Assembly: GCF_963921235.1 (NCBI RefSeq)
Contig: NC_086098.1
Span: 155,310,001 to 155,374,000 of the forward strand
Length of the DNA: 64,000 nucleotides
Direction of reading: 5' to 3'
DNA from: Mobula hypostoma
Lineage: Eukaryota
Shown: positions 38,680 through 50,864 of the stretch, piece after piece
Numbering within the stretch: the first letter of the stretch is position 1
Layout of the letters: the number at the start of each line of letters is the position of its first letter
Position numbers and translations under genes: made by a program
The notes under the pieces: model-generated
What the model saw: the letters and a program-made list of their open reading frames with translations, nothing else
The model's database searches: none
What the model was told of the DNA's origin: nothing

Positions 38680-39211
38680 CCAGATTGCCTAATGTTTTGT
38701 TAGAGGCAACCCCCACCAATCCCAGTAATCTTTATTCTTTTGCACTCTCTTTGTTACAAGTATATCCTTAAATAATGTGCTCTGGATTTCCAAAGAATTT
38801 TGCAACCAATTTAGGACTTTCCATGTATGGCCCCGTTGCTATAACACATTCAATAATTTGTGCAGATAAAAGTGCAAATGTCAACATAATCTTTTTTCCT
38901 GGGACAAATATTATTCAGGCCCTGCCTTCTTTGAAATATTGCCATTATGTCTTTTAAATCCACACAGAAGAACAGGTGGGGTGTCAGGCTAATTCTTGTT
39001 TTTGTATCTTTCTTTACATTGTATTTGAATGCCAGATTGAACCTACAGTTTTCTCATACAGAAGCAAAACTGCCAGCAGCTGAACCACTTACTGTATAAA
39101 CTTCATTGATATGTGTTTTCTGTGGGTGGACTCAGAAGTTCAACAATTGGGGATCAAGATTGTTGACCTAGTTTGAGAGTCTTGGCCCAGGAATACAAAA
39201 CATTAACACAA

Positions 39212-39860
39212 TACAGTGGTGACTTTATTAGGTACACCTGCTTGTTAGTGGAAATATCTGATCAATGAATCATGTGGCAGCAATTCAATGCAGAAAAGCA
39301 TGCAGACATAGTTAAGAGCTTCTGGAGTTCTGTCGAAGGGTTCCGGCCTGAAACGTTGACTGATCGTTTCCACGGATGTTGCCCGACCTGCTGAGCTCCT
39401 CCAGCGTGTTGTGAGTGTTGTTAAGAGGTTCAGTTGTTGTTCAGACCAAATATAAAAGAATGGAGAAGAAATGTGATCTAAGTGTCATTGACTGTGGATT
39501 GATTGTTGGTATCTCAGAAACTAACAACCTCCTGGAATTTTCAGGCAAAACCTTCTCTAGAGTTTACAGAGAAAGGTGCGAAAAACAAATAAAAACATCC
39601 AGTGAGTGGCAGTTCTGTGGGTGAAAATGCCTTGTTAATGAGAGAGGTCAAAGGAGAATGGCCAGACTGGTTCAAGCTGACAGGAAGGAGACAGTAACTC
39701 AAATAACCACATGCTACAATGTTGTTCAGAAGGTCATCTCTGAATTCACAGCATGTTGAACCAGAAGTAGATGGGCTGCAGCAGCAGAAGACCATAAACA
39801 TACATTCAGTGGCCGCTTTATTAGGAACAGGAGGTACTGAATAAAGTGGCCAGTGAGTAT
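39212..39860 (+). mobile_element. Non-autonomous Tc1-type transposon
   Basis: TIR-like cagtggtgactttattaggtac ... gtactgaataaagtggccagtgagta; internal copy of the TIR at ~39800. Confidence 0.75.
39319..39419 (+). mobile_element. ~100-bp PLE hammerhead+tail micro-insertion (divergent subfamily)
   Basis: gttaagag duplicated at 39311-39318 and 39420-39427; ctgtcgaaggg...cctgaaacgttgact. Confidence 0.75.
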
Positions 39861-40687
39861 ACACCCAAATAGTTTTAGCCATCTATGGGAAGTTACTGAA
39901 TGGCAGAAGAATTATTTTGTTAGAGTACATCAACTGAAATAATAAGTTAGTAAAGAAGGAATGAACTTTTAATTTACTGGATATTTTTCCGTATGTTCCT
40001 GCCAACAGAGTTCTTTGACTTGCAATCATCAACTTAATAATTGACCATTGAATCTACTTCTATATGGGGAATAAATATTTATCTATACAGCTTGAGAACT
40101 GTCCTACCACAAAAAGGAGGATATTGATAAACTTTGTGCATACACTTTTGAGTTTAGAAAGTTGAGAGCCTTTAAAATGATAGAGGTTCTATAGTGTAGA
40201 GAAAGAATCCTTGAGGACATTAAACTGAGAGGATACACATTTAAAGGTTTAATCAAGGAACACTTTCCACATAAGAAATAATTGTTAAGTATGTAACTTT
40301 CTTTCCCAATAAGGAATGGATGCTGGGTCAAATGAAAATTTCACTGCTGAATTTTTATGGGTAAGTGTAGCTGGTGATTGCAGCAATGGCAGGTAGCTGG
40401 ACTAGTGGTAAAGCCATCTTTGATCCAAAGTATTGAATGGGATGAAACAGGGGTGACAGAGCTGGAGGATACAAATGCGAAGTTCAATCTTAAGTAAGGT
40501 GAGTGATTTTTGGATATTTTCACTCTGCAGTATAGTTGGTCTCTGAATTGGAGTACCAGGAAGAACTGTGGATAGAATATTATTTTTAATGCAGTTGATA
40601 GTAGCAAGCATAAAAATAAAGGAGCTGTTCATTTTGTCTTAAATGTTGATTCATCAGAATGAACCACAATGTAAGACCTATAGTATT

Positions 40688-41372
40688 GTGATGGACTCTT
40701 GAGTTTTATTCATTATGGACTATGCCTTTAAGAACCATGCCTTTGTGCACAGAGAGAGAGATATTGAGAGGGAGTTATATGATGGACAGCTGGTGTTCAG
40801 TGTGTGTGCACTTAGGCAAGGACAACTGTCTTTCCTGCAGACACACAGAGGGGACGCATAAAGGCTGGTGACGAAAGAGTCACTGAACTCTTTGAGTGCC
40901 CACGAGGGTGGGTTGTAGATTGATCAGTGGTCATTGCCGTGTGTGTAAGGGTGACCCTGTGGGAACCACTGGTGTGCTTAACCCTCATGTGGGTTAGTGG
41001 TTCACCACTACAAGAAGGGACCCCCTTTTCTGTAGTCAAGTTTGGCTGACCTGAAGGATTCCGAGTTCAACAAGAAGATCGACGGCATTTGTTTGTTTGG
41101 ATTACAAATACCTCTCTCTCACTTCAATCCCATGAACTGTACTGAATTTGCTTACCACACCATCGTAATACTGTATCATTTTACCACCTGAGCTTGTTAA
41201 GTTTGGGAACTTTAACTATACACCTATATATGCCTAACGTCTAACTCTTGGATTATCTGGTTTAAGTTTACTATAATTAGTAGTTACTAATAAAATAGTG
41301 TTTGTTAACAGCAAAACCAAACTCCAGGTATGTTCTATTGCTGTTGATGCTTCTGGTGTTACGTGCATGTAA
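40688..41372 (+). mobile_element. Probable Gypsy-type LTR
   Basis: TG start, aataaa at ~41290, ends gtaac followed by tgg; no internal ORF recognised. Confidence 0.4.
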
Positions 41373-42252
41373 CTGGTACTTTCCCCAGGGTTGTGTGTAC
41401 TAACAAGTATCAGGGTGGTGATGCGGTGGGAACTCTGAAGCCACTGTTGAACAAGTGGCAATAAGTTGGTGGAAGATGGAAGGAACATTTTGGTTTCAGT
41501 TGGCAAAATGCTTGAATCGTCTTTTTTTAGTTTAACCTCTTAAATGTTATGACCTTGTGAAAAATAATTAACAGTAATTAGTCTAAAAAAAATCTGAGAG
41601 TCTGGTAGGATGATTGCAAAAATGTTTTAATTGGAAATAAATAAATCTGTGTTTCGCTTCTTATCCAACAATTGGTCATACAGATTGGGAAGATCCCAGA
41701 TCTCCAGTGCATGTAGTAACTTGATTTGAACTGTGACACAAGTTTGGGGTGCAGCTGGCCAATGCCATTGGTTAGATGGAAGGAAATGTCAGCAGCAGCT
41801 CTTGCTCCTGATTGCTCACCATCGGCATGTGGTTGAGCAAACTCGATACCCTGCTGTCACCCAGAAAGGGTTGATGTGCCTGTTAGGTTGTTGTTCATTT
41901 TTTTTTGTGCGGGGAGAAGGGATTTGGGGGTTGATGATCGTGGTGCCTTTCTTTTCTTTCTTGGTTTCATGGCTTTCTGGAGTAGAAAAATTTCAGAGTT
42001 GTGTACTTTGATAATAATTGAACCTTTGAATTGAGATACGTGCATGAATGAGCTATCCTTGAACAAGTAACTGGCAAGTACCAAAAAAGAATCCCAGTCA
42101 GGAATCACTATTTCTTTATTATTAAGCTTCCTAAAAGAGTATTTTTTTAATGCAAAACTTTATTGATATTCTTTCTACAACAGCTTTAGCAGCAGCCTCT
42201 GGCTGAAAGCAAATACGGCTTTAACTGTAAAAATTTATTTTAAATTTCACAG

Positions 42253-42378
42253 AAAGCCTTATGTGAGAGTGAGAAGAAAAGGTTAGAAGAACAAAAAAGG
42301 CATCTTCCAATCTGGGAGATGAGGAAGAATCCACCAGCTGAATGGTATCTTCCCCTGAATGATGGAAAAGTGAAATAG
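42253..42378 (+). CDS. C22orf39: C22orf39 coding exon 3, KALCESEKKRLEEQKRHLPIWEMRKNPPAEWYLPLNDGKVK*
   Basis: tttcacag| acceptor, phase 0, TAG stop; LCESE...W..R..PP..W.LPL motif; spliced total 105 aa. Missed by the ORF track. Confidence 0.93.
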   Translation, partial: KALCESEKKRLEEQKRHLPIWEMRKNPPAEWYLPLNDGKVK

Positions 42379-42779
42379 AGGAGATTACTCACACCTGGAG
42401 TTAAACTACAGACTATTGGATAACAGTCCATTATTTGTCAGCTGTGCATCTATTGGATTCAGGTCAATCCACTCAAAATAGTTTCTCAGGGTCTTAATAG
42501 CATCAGTTAATCTGATTTACTTTTGGAGTATGGTACAATGTCTGTCTGTAATCAAATACTCTGGCTGATAAGTGATTGCTAGATACTGGAAACGTTTTAA
42601 AGGCAACGCGACCTTAAAGATCTGTGTTCAATAATAAAAGTTTGATTAATTTTATCTGCTGGGTTCTTGAAATGCCTTTTTATCTCCACTTGTGGTTGCA
42701 GAAACTCTGAACCCAAACCTTCTTGAAGTGTACAATATGAATGATAGCTGCTAGGTGATTTGAATTCCTCATTTGTCCA

Positions 42780-44010
42780 GGTACACTAGTGAGTATCAAA
42801 TATTAACAAGCTCATGGCCTCCTACTGTGATGACAACAATACTTGCTTGCACTCTAGCTCCTGTAAAGACTCTTCTCAATTCTCCCAGTTCCTTTATCTT
42901 AATTATATATTCTAATGAAGAGACTCTCCAGAAGGGCCTCCAAAATATCTCTTCCCACTCATGGCCTCCCCTCTGACATATCTGACAGAACTCTTCATTG
43001 TATCTCATCTATTTTCCTGCTCTCACACCCTCCTGGACAGGTCAAGGTTCCCCTGGACAGAGTCTTCCAGCCTACCTGTTTCTGCATTTAACAGATCTTT
43101 TACTATTTCCACCCACCTTCAAGATTCCATGAACAGAAACATTTTCCCATCCCCTGTTCCTTCAATGTTTGCAGTGACTGGTCTTTGTGACATCCTGGTC
43201 CACTTTTCTATCACCACCTCATCACCTACTCCTGGTGTAGGTTCTCAGGCAAACATGAGCACCTTCTTTTTCCCTGTTTTTCTATCTGTTATCCAGGGAC
43301 TGAAACAGTTCTACCAAATAAAGCAGCAACCCACTTGCATTTCTTCCAGTCTAATGTGCTGCATTAGGAGTTCTCAATGTGGTCTCCTCTGTGTTGGAGA
43401 AAAGGTTGTGTGTTTGCTATGGGGAGGGCTGGCAGAACTCTGTGGCCTGCCACTTTAATTTTCTATTTCTACTTTCACTCTATTTGTCTTCTGCATAGAT
43501 ATAACAGTATACACAGTAAGTTTTACGAACAGCAACACATGTTGTATTTGGTCATGTTGCAGCCTTGCTATCAAATTCCAGAACTGCAGATCACTATTTC
43601 TGCATTAGATACGGCCATTTCTGCTGTAAAATATCCACCGTGTGTTATGAGTTTCTTTTATTTTCACTGCATGGTAGAGCCTGGCTGTTGGACATGACCT
43701 ATAGTCTTGCACTTTGCACCCTTTCACACTTTTGTACTTTCACTTCCATTGCATTTTCTCTCTAATTTCCCCCAACTGGACAACCTATATATTTGCGTCA
43801 TAGCAATGAATTTGCTGTGGTATGTATGTCCTACCCCTCTCACCCCTACCTTTTCTGCAGCGTAAAACCAGCTCGTTTTTTTTCTCTCTCTCTCTCTCCC
43901 TCCCTCTGAAGGATCTTCAACCTGAAGGTGTTAGTTGTTTCTCTTTCCACCAATGTCACCTGATCTAAGTGTTTGTAGTACTTTTATGCTTTTATTTTGA
44001 GATTTCCAAA
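42780..44010 (+). mobile_element. Old decayed Neptune-type Penelope
   Basis: IQGLKQ.YQIKQ..TCISS.LMCCIRSSQCGLLCVGE aligns to IQGPKQSFQVRQHFTCES..VIYCVRCSRCGLLYIGE; degenerate HHR/tail at ~43905-44010. Confidence 0.7.
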
Positions 44011-44263
44011 TGGGGGATATCCCCCATTTTCTCTTTAGTTAGGTAGTCAATTAACAATACTATTGTTAATTTCTACATATATTTTTACCACAGTTTTCAA
44101 AGAGCACTGATAAGTGTTCAAGGAGATGGCAACTTTTCTGAAAACTTGCGACTCAAATCTTCCATAAATACTGCAGTATTATATAAACTTTATGACAATA
44201 TTTACTTTATTTAGCAAAATCAGTTTGAAAGGACAAGTGGAAAATAAAGGGTTCTGATACACA

Positions 44264-44573
44264 TCACTGGGTATAAACTTTGGTAGTATCTCTGTATTTT
44301 CCATCAGGTGCTTGATAGTCAGCTATAGGAGGAGTGTAACTACATCCTGGTAATTCCAATGGAAAAAGTCCTTGATCCCGTTTAATAGCAGCCTGGTACA
44401 AGTCCTCCGATTCAAGTCGCAGTTCTTGTAGAGCTTCGTGCTGTGCGTCTATCATGGACTGCATCATTTCCTCTTCCTTTTCATGTTCCTTCTGCTTATA
44501 TCGTGACCATTCCTTCATCAGAAGTGCTCGCCGCTCACTCTCTTCCTCCGTCAATTTGGGTGGGTCTCGAACT
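44264..44573 (-). CDS. MRPL40: MRPL40 exon 4 (RVRDPPKLTEEESERRALLMKEW...APDGKYRDTTKVYTQ*)
   Basis: ttacctag| acceptor, phase 2; conserved mL40 C-terminal motifs ERRALL.K.W, AL.ELRLES.DLY, YTPPI..YQAPDG.Y.D.TK; AATAAA on the minus strand at 44206-44211. Confidence 0.96.
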
Positions 44574-45406
44574 CTAGGTAACATAAATAATGTTATTCAG
44601 GCTGTTCAAGTGGCCATCATTAGTAAACAAGGTTAGCCCTCCACTTTCTGGCCTGAGATGATGTTTTCAGTATCTGCGCTGGAGGTTGTCACAGAATAAT
44701 CAGAAACAGCACAAAAACAGGCTCTTCAGCCCACCAGGTACAGGCTAACCATCAATCACGTCTCTACACTGATCCACCCGTAATCCACATCCATTATCCC
44801 CACAGTCCGATCAGCACCCAAGATTCTACCACTCAACAACACTGTGTGGGCAAATTCAATGGATGAGTGACATACAAACTACACATCTTTGGCACGTGAA
44901 AGGAAATTGTACTGGGGTCACTACAAGAATATATAAACTCACAGTGACAGCAAGAAAGATCAGAGCTGAACTTTCTGGCAGGTATTGGATTTACCAGCTG
45001 TGTCATACTTCAACTGATAACCGGATGCTTCACACTATGTTTAGGGAATTTTATTCACTTAAATGATAAATGTATGAGTAGTTAGTTAATCTTCAATGAT
45101 ATTAATTAAAGGACTTTGCCAGAACTTACTACTTTAAAACTTGGGAGTAATTTGGAATCTTGTTTCAAAGTTTTAATTGAAAGAAGAACAAAATAAAGGA
45201 TAATCTGTGGATCTTTGTGACAGTGGGACATTGCAAGGTATAGTCAATTTGTGTACAGCCATCTCCCATAAACAGCATTCAGAAAATTACAACAAAATCT
45301 GTTAGCAACGGGGTTACATAAATGTCATCTTATCTTCACCCAAGTCACAACAATAGACAAACACAATCTGCCTAAATTAATGACAAACAATTGTACTTCT
45401 CGTCAA

Positions 45407-45528
45407 GCAACACACACAAAATGCTGGTGGAACGCAGCAAGCCAGGTAGCAGCTGCCTGGCCTGCTGCGTTCCACCAGCATTTTGTGTGTGTTGCTTGAA
45501 TTTCCAGCATCTGCAGATTTTTTTCGTG
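45407..45528. mobile_element. 122-bp fold-back PLE tail insertion
   Basis: 15-bp TSD tgtacttctcgtcaa (45392-45406, 45529-45543); ~45-bp near-perfect hairpin of the PLE 3' tail. Confidence 0.9.
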
Positions 45529-46120
45529 TGTACTTCTCGTCAATACTGAATGCACCATTTAAACAATCACAATCTAGGTTCAAAAAAGTACCTCTGGGGT
45601 AATGCCTTCTACAAAAGCTATTTGGAGTCAGCTGTTTCAATCAATGAAATGAGATTGGAGGTGTGGGGTGTAGAAGTGCCATGTTCTATAAAAGACACAC
45701 AAAGTCAGGTTACTGACAGCTGCCTTTCTCAAGAAAGATCTGTTTCTGTACACCATGCCTCGAGCAGAACAACTTTCAGAAGACCTTAGAAGAATTGTAG
45801 AGATGCATGAAGCTGGAAAAAACTACAAAAGCATTTCTAAAGACCTGAGTGTTCATCAGTCCACAGTAAGAGAAATTAGCTACAAATGGAGGAAATTCAG
45901 TTCTGTTGTTACTCTCCCAGGGAGTGGGCATCCTGCAAAGATCACACCAAGAGCACAACGTGCAATGCTGAAGGAAGTGGGAAGAACCCAAGGGTAACAC
46001 CAAAAGACCTGCAGAAATCTCTAGCACTTGCTAAAGTCTCTGTTCAGGTGGACCCTTTAAGAAAAACATTGAACAAGAATGGTGTTCATGGAAGGACACC
46101 ACCGCTCTCTAAAAAAAAAA

Positions 46121-46792
46121 GTAGAAACCATAGAAAAACTACAGCACAGAAACAGGCCTTTTGGCCCTTCTTGGCTGTGCCGAACCATTTTCTGCCTAGT
46201 CCCACTGACCTGCATACGGACCATCTCCCTCCATACACCTCTCATCCATGTATCTGTCCAATTTATTCTTAAATGTTAAAAAAGAACCCGCATTTATCAC
46301 CACCTCTGGCAGCTCATTCCATACTCCCACCACTCTCTGTGTGAAGAAGCCCCCCCAATGTTCCCTTTAAACTTTCCCCTGCTCACCCTTATCCCATGTC
46401 CTCTGGTTTTTTCCTCCCCTTGCCTCAGTGGAAAAAGCCTGCTTGCATTCACTCTATCTATACCCATCATAATTTTATATACCTCTATCAAATCTCCCCT
46501 CATTCTTCTACGCTCCAGGGAATAAAGTCCTAACCTATTCAACCTTTCTCTGTAACTGAGTTTCTCAAGTCCCGGCAACATCCTTGTAAACCTTCTCTGC
46601 ACTCTTTCAACCTTATTCAACCTTCCTGTAATTTGGTGACCAAAACTGAACACAATACTCCAGATCTGGCCTCACCAATGCCTTATACAACCTCATCATA
46701 ACATTCCAGCTCTTATACTCAATACTTTGATTAATAAAGGCCAATGTACCAAAAGCTCTCTTTACGACCCTATCTACCGGTGACGCCACTTT
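46121..46792 (-). mobile_element. CR1 3' fragment inserted in the Tc1
   Basis: LYKALVRPDLEYCVQFWSP, ERVQRRFTRMLPGL, RGDLIEVYKI. Confidence 0.9.
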
Positions 46793-48115
46793 TATGTAAT
46801 TGCAACACATTTCATGTTTGCAAAAAAACCATCTGGATGCTTTACAATCCAAATTGGATAATATTCTGTGGACAGATAGATAAAAGTTGAACTCGTTGGC
46901 AGAAATGCACACCAACACCAAAACCTCATCCAAACTGTGGAGCATGGTGGAAGGAGCATCATAGTTTGGGGCTGCTTTGCTGCCTCAGGGCCTGGACAGC
47001 TTGCAATTGTTGAGGGAACAATGAATTCAATATTGTATCAAGACATTTTATAGGAGAATGTCAGGGTAGTAGTCTGTCGCCTGAAGCTTAATAGAAGTTG
47101 GTTGATGCAACAAGACAGTGATTCAAAAGAGAAGAGTAAATCAACAATAGAATGGTTAAAAAGAAGAAAAATAGTGTTTTGGAATGGCCAAATCAGAGTC
47201 CAGAGCTTAACCCAATTGAAATGCTGTGGAGGGCTGTTCATGCAAGGTATCACAGAAATATTGATGAACTGAAACAGTTTTGAATGGAGTTTTGAATGTC
47301 TAAAATTTCTCCTCGTTGATCAGCAGCAACAGAAAACTTTTGGTGGTTATTGCTGCTAAAGGAGGTTCTACCGGTTATTAAATGCAAGAGTTTATATATA
47401 CTTTCTAGCCTGGACTGTGGATGATTAAACAATGTGTTCAATAAATACATGAAATGTTTGTGTATTATTAGTTTAGGTAGATTGTGTATTAGGTATTATT
47501 GTGACTTAGATGAAGATCAGACCACATTTTGTGAGTAAAATGTGGTCTGAAAACCAGGTAATTGCAAAGGGTTCACAAACTTTTCTTGAAACTGTAAGCC
47601 ATATTGAATGTTGGTCTCTGCTTCAAGGGCTAATAACTCCTTCTTGCTTCTAATTCATTTATTGATGCTCAAAGAGCCTTTGGTTGACTGAAATCTGGCA
47701 CACCAGATTTACACCTTCCCCTTGTTACAAGCTTAATAGAAAAATAATCAATATCTTAGCTTCCTGAAGAATATATTAGTTTAATTTTTTTTTAGATATA
47801 CTCTGCTTTCTTCACCTGTGTTCACTACTTCTGTACATTTGGGTTACACCTCATATCTTGCCATAACTTCCTTTTCCCGCACCTTTAGCTGAGGCAATTA
47901 CCATTTCCAGGTTGCATCTGGGGCCTTTTAACCACTTGATGGAAGATAAATAATGATGATGACACCAAGGCAGTTCCATAACATGAAAGTAAAGTCCGGC
48001 TGGAAAATAAACTCTTAGTGGCAATAATTGCAAAGAAATCTCATAACAGAAAGAAATAAAGCAATAGAAAAGTATATATTTCCACCTGAAATTTAGTATC
48101 TCAGACCACACAAAC

Positions 48116-48271
48116 CTGGACTCTTCAAAGAACTTTGTGAGAGAGACAAAGTCTTCAATTGGGATCAGCTCTGGTGGGACCCGTTCCAATTTCTTCAATT
48201 TCTTTCTCAAGCGGTCTCTCACCGCCTGCTCTCTTCTGGGATCCACTTTTTTCTTTTTCTTAGGCTCAGCT
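48116..48271 (-). CDS. MRPL40: MRPL40 exon 3 (AEPKKKKKVDPRREQAVRDRLRKKLKKLERVPPELIPIEDFVSLTKFFEESR)
   Basis: ttttgcag| acceptor, AG|gtttgt donor, 156 nt, phase 2-2; KKKKVDP and ELIPIEDF motifs. Confidence 0.96.
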
Positions 48272-49000
48272 CTGCAAAATAAATTAGCCCCTGCAAATTG
48301 AGTAAGCGGATTAATTTTGTCCGCATCTTCATTCCCCAACCTCCTCTTGCTGTCAACATGATGGCGAGGAGACCTGCTCCTAGTTTCTACTGTAGCCACT
48401 CTAGCAAAGGAGAAATCCAGTGATGATGAACACGTTTGATCAGGTTTACTCCCTGACCTAGCAGAAACGGTAATCAATGTTGGAATTAAGCCTTGAGGAA
48501 ATCTCTGACGTTCATTTTGAACCAAAATAATATAACACAATTCGATGCAAGGGTTTTGATTACAGATGTCAATAAATTTGTTGGACGTGCACTGAGTTAC
48601 ATCAGCCTCATTACTTAACTGTTTCCTATTCTAAAAATTTAATCGAATAATTTAGTTCATCCATATATTCTCTCTTTCTGACCTCTGAAGGTATGAACAG
48701 TTGCTGCAAAGTGGCTAGATTAGTTGATATGTTCTTTCCAGAGATCGACAACTTTTATTTGGCTCACACAGCACAAGCAGATCAGGCTCAAAGATAATGA
48801 TAAGCTTTGTTTATTGGGCTGTAACATTATTAGATTTGCAGCATTGTATTATATTTTTAAAACTAATTAAAATGATCACCAAGTCAGTTAAATTATTATC
48901 AAAGTAAACACACACACAAAAAAAATGTATACTACCCCGAGATTCATTGTCTTGCAGGCAATTACAGAAAAATGAAAAGTTTTATATAAACAAGCATACA

Positions 49001-49325
49001 CAGTAGATTCCAGTTAACTGGAACACTTCAGAACCAGTACATTTTAGCTTAATTAAGCTGCCCCAATTAGTTGAAGTTTCATGGAAATAGTTAAAAATGT
49101 GTAGAAAAGACAAACTGAGTAACAAATTGTGTATTCACATGAAATACAGAACAAATTAGAACACTACCAGTACCGCATAACTATAAAACTGTGTATTGGT
49201 TCCTAACAGTTATCGATAAAGGAATTCATTCATTTTTCGCTAAAGTGTTCTTTAAATGACAGTAAATAAACAAAGTCAGTGCTGACACCTTCATGCAATA
49301 CTCTCAACGATTGCATCCTCCAAAA
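49001..49325 (+). mobile_element. Possible pogo/Tigger-like DNA transposon end
   Basis: cagtagattccagttaactgg TIR-like start; motif recall only. Confidence 0.35.
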
Positions 49326-49464
49326 CCTGTTCAAAATTATTAATTTTAATCTTTTAATAAGAATTGAAAAATAACATTTCTATATAGTGTTGTTATTCTA
49401 CCTCATACATAAGAAATTAGAATGTGAAATTATAAACTTTGGTGGATACTCATAAAAGATCAAA

Positions 49465-50260
49465 GCAGAGGTTTCCAAGCCTGGGGTCCATGCTTGCTTA
49501 ATGATATATTGGTCCATGGCATAAAAAAAAGTTGGGAACCCCCGAAGGAAAGGAAAATAAACTTTCCTTTCCTTTCTCAGTGAGACTTTTGTAGCTGCAC
49601 TGATGGTGCCAAATATTTTATATATGGATCGTATTTGACTGTTTTGAGAGCTATGTATGTGGGATTAGTTTCATCACTAAGTCTATTCCTATAATTAGAC
49701 TTGACCCTGTTCATCACTGAAAACACTGATTGACATGAATACTTTGATGGCAATGCAGTTAATATTGCCATTGGAAGATTTTTCAGGCAGTTAAAAGTTT
49801 CAGGAATTAAATTCCAGAGTTTCAGAACCCCATTGTCTGGATTTTTCAATTTTGATCTAGTGCTTACCAATCTCTTTCAATATTCTCCACTTCAGTCCTT
49901 AAGTTGACAAATTTTTGGATTTTTCAATTTTGATCTAGTGCTTACCAATCTCTTTCAATATTCTCCACTTCAGTCCTTAAGTTGACAAATTGAGCTGCTT
50001 GTAAATCAATCAATTGCATTTCAAAACTATTCATGTAATTCTACTGCAACCTTCCAAATTCAGTTTGTCTCATGTTACGCTATCTGTATACTTTATGTAT
50101 TTTATAGTTTCTCCAAATGACCTGAACACAGTGAATCTTAATTTGGCAGTAAAGGTATTTTTATTATGGGTTGGATTTAAAGAATCTTGAGGCAGCACTG
50201 CATGTTGCGTGCCAATAAAATGTTTGTGCATGCCACTCTGGGCATGACTCTTGACTCCTG
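49465..50260 (-). mobile_element. hAT (Charlie-like) transposase C-terminal remnant
   Basis: W..IPE.F..LK......LT..PS.YSC.S.FS.MN.VKS.YRNRLSDE...Q.SH* dimerisation domain; hAT-like end ..gttgggaacccc. Confidence 0.8.
49838..49991 (+). repeat. Tandem duplication, 78-bp period
   Basis: tggatttttcaattttgatc...gttgacaaatt occurs twice. Confidence 0.92.
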
Positions 50261-50261
50261 G

Positions 50262-50815
50262 ACTTCTTAAATGCTGTCATTTTCCTAGCTTCAACCACTC
50301 TCAGATAGTGCATTCTCGGTACTTACTACACTCTGGGTCAACAATCTCCCCTCATATTTACTCTGCATTTCTTCCCCTACCCCAAATCTAGGTCCTCTTG
50401 TTTTATCTAGCTCTGATATGGAGAAATGTAGCCCTATCTATGCCTCTCTAATTTCATACATCTCAGTATGTCCCCTCTCAACCTCCTCTACTCCAGGGAC
50501 AGCAGACTTAGCTTCCCCAGTCTCTCCCCATGACTCAATTGCTCCAACCAATGCAGTACCCTGGTGAATCTTTTCTGCACCCTCTTCAGCACTATCTGTC
50601 CTTACCATAAGATGCGAACAGAATTGCATCCAGACCTCCAGCCGAGGTCCGACCTGGGTTTTATAAAAAGAAAACCTCCCTACTGGTATATTCAGGGCCA
50701 TGATAAGTGAAGGCCAGTATCCTGTATGCCTTCCTAACCATGTTGTCTACCTGTGTTGTCGTCTTCAAGGATCTATGGACTTGTACAAGGCCCTCAATAT
50801 TCCCCAAGACCCTAG
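50262..50815 (-). mobile_element. Decayed CR1 fragment
   Basis: QVH.SLK...QVD.MV.KAY.ILAF; YKT.V.P.LE...QF. Confidence 0.75.
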
Positions 50816-50864
50816 CATTCATGGTGCATAACCTAACAATATTAGTGATCTCTGGATGCATCTC

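Larger units (their letters stand above)
45315..47596 (+). mobile_element. Tc1 transposon with broken transposase; left TIR split by a PLE hairpin, body split by a CR1
   Basis: MPR..QLSEDLR..IV..H..GK.YKSISK.L paired-HTH; ILWTD.., HGG.SI.VWGCF, QQD.D.K, WP.QSP.LNPIE; right TIR ends ...aaactgTA. Confidence 0.9.

Noticed and set aside
47851-48540. 229-aa ORF as a single-exon gene
   Set aside because: Only 48116-48271 is MRPL40 exon 3; the flanks are open intron sequence beyond canonical splice sites.
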